From Bacteroidota bacterium (lineage in GTDB: Bacteria; Bacteroidota; Bacteroidia; Bacteroidales; UBA12481), in NCBI GenBank assembly GCA_043797975.1, contig JAZDPC010000073.1, forward strand, positions 6,001 through 70,000: 64,000 nucleotides of DNA, written 5' to 3'. Shown one piece after another: positions 60,129 through 64,000 of this stretch; position 1 is the first letter of the stretch; every line of letters starts with the position of its first letter. The position numbers and the translations under genes are program-made. The notes beneath the pieces were generated by a model. The model was given only the letters and a program-made list of their open reading frames with translations. It ran no database searches and was not told the DNA's origin.

Positions 60129-62117
60129 ATGAGGTACGGAACATACGTAACAATAGCATTAGCTGCAATTTTCACCGCTCCTGGCCTTTTGGCACAGGAT
60201 CAGGATCCTGTTCTGATGACGATTGGCGACAAACCGGTTTATGCCAGCGAATTTGTCAGAATATTAAATAAAAACAAAAACACTCTGCAAAATGAAAAAA
60301 CTGACATTAAGGAGTCGCTGGATCTTTTTACCAATTTAAAGCTTAAGGTCAGGGAAGCTGAAGCTTTGGGCATGGATACGGCATCAGCTTTTATAAAAGA
60401 ACTGTCCGTTCAGCGTAGCCAATTGGCAAAACCCTATCTGCTCGACCGGGAGATCACTGAAGAGCTCGTTCGTGAAGCTTATGACAGGAGCCAGTGGGAG
60501 ATAAGGGCCAGCCATATTCTGATAGGCCTGAAACCGGATGCTCCAGCCTCTGACACGCTTTTAGCATATCGTAGGGCCATGACCGTTCGCGACAGGCTTC
60601 TGAAAGGCGAAAAGTTTGAAGATGTTGCAAAAGAAGTCAGTGACGATGTATCAGCTGACACTAATGGCGGGGACATTGGCTTCTGGACCGTTTTCGGAGT
60701 GGTTTATCCTTTTGAAACCGCCATGTATTCCTTGCAACCGGGCGAAATCTCAATGCCAGTAAGAACTCAATTTGGATATCACCTGATCAAAGTAACAGAC
60801 AAGCAGCCGGCTAAAGGCAAGATTCAGGTAGCCACTACCTGGAAATCCGTGAATTACACAACCACCGATGAAGAGAAAGCTAAGATCAAGGAAGAAATCC
60901 AGAATATTTATATTCAGTTGCGTTCGGGTGCTGATTTCAATGAACTGGCAAGGAAATACTCCGACGACCGCACAATGGCGGTACGTGGGGATGCAGGATT
61001 CTGGATCAGCCCGAGAGAAAAAGAGCCGGCTTTCAATGAAGCCGCCTATGCACTTAAAAACCCGGGAGATTTATCTGAACCGGTAGAAACCTCGCTTGGT
61101 TGGTTTATCATCCGGCTGCTTGACAGAAAAGCCCCGGAAACTTTTGAGCAGGCCAAAAGCAGCCTCTACCGTCAGATCAGCAGGAATCCCGAAAGAGCCA
61201 TGAAAAGCGAATCCGCGGTTGTTGATAAACTGAAGAAAGAATACAACTTTACCGTTAATCAGCCTAACCTCGAGGAATTCTACCGACTGGTTGATCCGTC
61301 GATCTTCGAAGGTCGCTGGGATGGGAATCCCGCCCTGCAGAAATTGGGTGACCTGTTTACACTCGATGGCAAGACTCATTCGCAATCGGAATTTGCCGCA
61401 TACCTGGTTCTCAATATGAAGGAGAGCAGCGTGAGAACTATCGCCGAATACGTCGATGATCAGTTCGATAAGTTTTCACGGAAAAAAATCCTGGAGTACG
61501 AAGAGCAGAATCTGGAAAGAAAATATCCGGAGTTCCACGATTTGTATCAGGAATTTCACGATGGCAATCTCCTTTTTGAAATCACCGACAAGATGGTTTG
61601 GTCAAAAGCCGTTCAGGATTCAACCGGCCTTAAGAATTTTTATACAGCCAACCTGTCGAAGTATAATTGGCCGGAAAGACTGGATGCAGTGATCGTATAC
61701 GTAAAAGGATTCAACAAACTTGACAAGATGGTTGAGGAATTTCGAAGTGCACTTCAGAAAAAATGTAAAAAAGGATGTGATGGGGTAACCATTCAGAATA
61801 CGTTAGGTGAGGTTGTCGGCAGGTACAGCGGAAACAGTTTTGAGATAGAAGACAAGCTCTGCAGCAAAGGCGATAATTGGATTATCGATCAGGTCAAATG
61901 GAAACCCGGCGCCTCGGAAGTTATCAGCGAGCAGGATACCAAAATCTTTGTCTGGATAAATAAGGTCGTTGCGCCTTCACCGAAAAAACTGGAAGATATC
62001 AAAGGGCAGGTTACCGCTGATTTTCAGGATAGTCTTGAAAAAGAATGGATTAAAGCTCTTCGGGAAAAATATCCCGTCAAAGTGAATCAGGATGTTCTAT
62101 CAAAAATTAAAATCTGA
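60129..62117 (+). CDS. Periplasmic parvulin-type peptidyl-prolyl isomerase (two PPIase domains)
   Basis: Signal peptide, RASHILI, GGDIG, PVRTQFGYHLI; second domain FNELARKYSDD. Confidence 0.9.
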   Translation: MRYGTYVTIALAAIFTAPGLLAQDQDPVLMTIGDKPVYASEFVRILNKNKNTLQNEKTDIKESLDLFTNLKLKVREAEALGMDTASAFIKELSVQRSQLAKPYLLDREITEELVREAYDRSQWEIRASHILIGLKPDAPASDTLLAYRRAMTVRDRLLKGEKFEDVAKEVSDDVSADTNGGDIGFWTVFGVVYPFETAMYSLQPGEISMPVRTQFGYHLIKVTDKQPAKGKIQVATTWKSVNYTTTDEEKAKIKEEIQNIYIQLRSGADFNELARKYSDDRTMAVRGDAGFWISPREKEPAFNEAAYALKNPGDLSEPVETSLGWFIIRLLDRKAPETFEQAKSSLYRQISRNPERAMKSESAVVDKLKKEYNFTVNQPNLEEFYRLVDPSIFEGRWDGNPALQKLGDLFTLDGKTHSQSEFAAYLVLNMKESSVRTIAEYVDDQFDKFSRKKILEYEEQNLERKYPEFHDLYQEFHDGNLLFEITDKMVWSKAVQDSTGLKNFYTANLSKYNWPERLDAVIVYVKGFNKLDKMVEEFRSALQKKCKKGCDGVTIQNTLGEVVGRYSGNSFEIEDKLCSKGDNWIIDQVKWKPGASEVISEQDTKIFVWINKVVAPSPKKLEDIKGQVTADFQDSLEKEWIKALREKYPVKVNQDVLSKIKI

Positions 62118-62976
62118 GACTCTTATTCGCAGCCTGGTATTAGGCTCCCTTCTGGGCTTCGTACTCGGCTCATGCGGGATCATTGGTCACAGAAACGACG
62201 AAAAACCGTTGGCCAGAGCCTACGGGAATTACCTGTATCCGAGCGATATCAAAGGATTGGTTCCGGAAGGCTTAACCCCTGAAGATAGTTCCACGCTGGT
62301 AAAATCATATGTGGAGCTCTGGCTGAAAAAGAAAGCAGTCGTCAGTAAGGCTGAATTCAATCTGACAGAGGCACAGAAAGATCTTGAAAAACAGATTGAA
62401 GAATATCGTACTTCCCTTCTGATTTATGAGTATGAGAAGCTCATGGTTGCACAGAGCCTGGATACCGTGGTGACTGAAAGCCAGATATCTTCTTACTTTA
62501 ACCAACATTCGCAGAATTTTCTTTTACAGGATCCGATCATAAAAGGAATTTATTTCAAGATGCCTAAAAGCTCACCCAGGCTCGGGGAATTTCAGAATCT
62601 CGCACACTCATCGGGTGATCTGGCTTACCAGCGGCTCGTAGATTTGGGGGCTCAGCAGGCAGAGTTTACTGAATCCTTCGAAGAAAACTGGCTTTCCTTT
62701 AATTCCCTCATGCAAAAGATGCCCGGATCCGTCAAAGATCCTGAAGAGTTCCTCCAGCGTTATAAATATCTTGAAGCCGATGACGGGCGCTATTATCATT
62801 TTGTGAAGATCACCGATTATAAGATCCACGGAGAAACCGCTCCCCTGGAGTTTGTTAAGCAGGATATCCGTGATATTCTTCTCAACAAGAGAAAAATAGA
62901 CTTTCTCAAGGAGCTCGAAGAATCTATTTACAACGAAGCTGTAATACAAAACGAGGTTGAAGTATATGAAAACTAA
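62092..62976 (+). CDS. SurA/PPIase-like lipoprotein
   Basis: LGSC lipobox, ARAYGNYLYPSD, YRTSLLIYEYE, APLEFVK..IL.NKRK. Lies between two PPIase genes; start uncertain. Confidence 0.8.
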   Translation: MFYQKLKSETLIRSLVLGSLLGFVLGSCGIIGHRNDEKPLARAYGNYLYPSDIKGLVPEGLTPEDSSTLVKSYVELWLKKKAVVSKAEFNLTEAQKDLEKQIEEYRTSLLIYEYEKLMVAQSLDTVVTESQISSYFNQHSQNFLLQDPIIKGIYFKMPKSSPRLGEFQNLAHSSGDLAYQRLVDLGAQQAEFTESFEENWLSFNSLMQKMPGSVKDPEEFLQRYKYLEADDGRYYHFVKITDYKIHGETAPLEFVKQDIRDILLNKRKIDFLKELEESIYNEAVIQNEVEVYEN

Positions 62977-64000
62977 TTTCAAGAATACCCTTTCCTTCCT
63001 CTTCCTTTTCCTGGTTGCCGGAATCTCACTTCATGCCCAGGTGATCGGGCAGTCCGATCCTGTCATTATGGACAGGGTGGTGGCTGTAGTTGGAAAATAT
63101 CCTATCCTTCAATCCGATATTGAAAACCAGATCATCGACATGAGGCGCAACGGGATGGACATACCCGGCGATCCGAAATGCTATGTTCTTGAAGGGCTTT
63201 TGGTTAGCAAACTTCTACTCAGCCAGGCAGAGATCGACAGTATTGAAGTCACGGATGACGAAGTGGAGCGGATGGTCGATTCCAAATTACAGGAATTCGT
63301 GTTTCAAGTGGGTTCAGAGGCAAATCTGGAAAGCTATTTCAAGAAATCCATGGTTGAAATCAAAAAGGACCTGATGAAACCTCAAAAGGAGCAGATGATT
63401 TCACAGAAGATGAAGGATGAGATTACCAAGGGAATGACCATCACTCCGTCAGAAGTTCAGAAATTTTATAAAAAATTCCCGTCCAATGAGATTCCGCTGA
63501 TCTCGGAGACAATGGAGATCAGGGAAATCATAATAAAGCCCGAAGTGTCGGAAGCAGAGATCACCCGGGTACAGAACCGGCTGAATGAATTCAGGGAGAG
63601 AATCCTGAAAGGCGAAGATATCAGGACACTGGCAGTTTTATATTCTGATGATCAATCAACGGCAACCCGGGGAGGAGAACTGGGGATGACCCCGCGGAGC
63701 ATGCTGGTACCGGAGTTTGCAGCGGTCGCATTTAACCTGAAGGTCAATGATTTATCAAGGGTTGTCAAGACTGATTTCGGTTACCATATCATGCAACTGA
63801 TCGAGAGGCGGGGTGATCTGATCAACGTCAGGCATATCCTTCTGACTCCGAAACCTACGATCGAACTGAAACTGGCCGTCAGAAACCGTCTTGACAGCAT
63901 CGCCCAGGCCATCCGTGAAAACAAAATCACTTTCGAAGAAGCGGCGCTGAGGTACAGCCAGGAAAAAGAGACCCGAAGCAATGGTGGTTTGCTGGTCAAT
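62966..64000 (+). CDS. surA: SurA-like chaperone/PPIase, 3' end runs off the window
   Basis: Manual translation from ATG 62966: MKTNFKNTLSFL...DRVVAVVGKYPILQSDIE...LAVLYSDD...GGELG...VKTDFGYHIMQ...VRHIL. Open to the window end, so it is not in the ORF track. Confidence 0.88.
   Translation, partial: MKTNFKNTLSFLFLFLVAGISLHAQVIGQSDPVIMDRVVAVVGKYPILQSDIENQIIDMRRNGMDIPGDPKCYVLEGLLVSKLLLSQAEIDSIEVTDDEVERMVDSKLQEFVFQVGSEANLESYFKKSMVEIKKDLMKPQKEQMISQKMKDEITKGMTITPSEVQKFYKKFPSNEIPLISETMEIREIIIKPEVSEAEITRVQNRLNEFRERILKGEDIRTLAVLYSDDQSTATRGGELGMTPRSMLVPEFAAVAFNLKVNDLSRVVKTDFGYHIMQLIERRGDLINVRHILLTPKPTIELKLAVRNRLDSIAQAIRENKITFEEAALRYSQEKETRSNGGLLVN

Overview
Gene-dense, mostly core chromosomal segment. 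It is almost certainly from a Bacteroidota (Bacteroidales-like) genome, based on TAnnTTTG -7 promoter boxes, A-rich initiation regions and lineage-typical gene families and order. It contains a partial rpsA with unusual extensions, a nucleotide-sugar operon (ugd, UDP-xylose synthase, rfbA/C/D, pgm), a RecD-like helicase/DUF3822/rsmD locus, tandem M28 peptidases, a GH127/146 hydrolase, an RND efflux operon, tRNA-Asp, a DUF4105/Lnb gene, a fucI-like isomerase, mnmD, mutS2, a recQ-exonuclease-RSH-tex run, guaB and three PPIase/SurA genes. I saw no mobile elements or CRISPR arrays. The most novel-looking part is 33.1-41.8 kb. It holds a WYL regulator divergent from a small unknown gene across a perfect palindrome, and a putative envelope operon. 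That operon encodes a single-pass membrane protein with two apparently catalytically dead JAB/MPN domains, a beta-barrel protein, a small lipoprotein and a 4xPKD lipoprotein. All family assignments come from recognising motifs by eye; no database searches were run.
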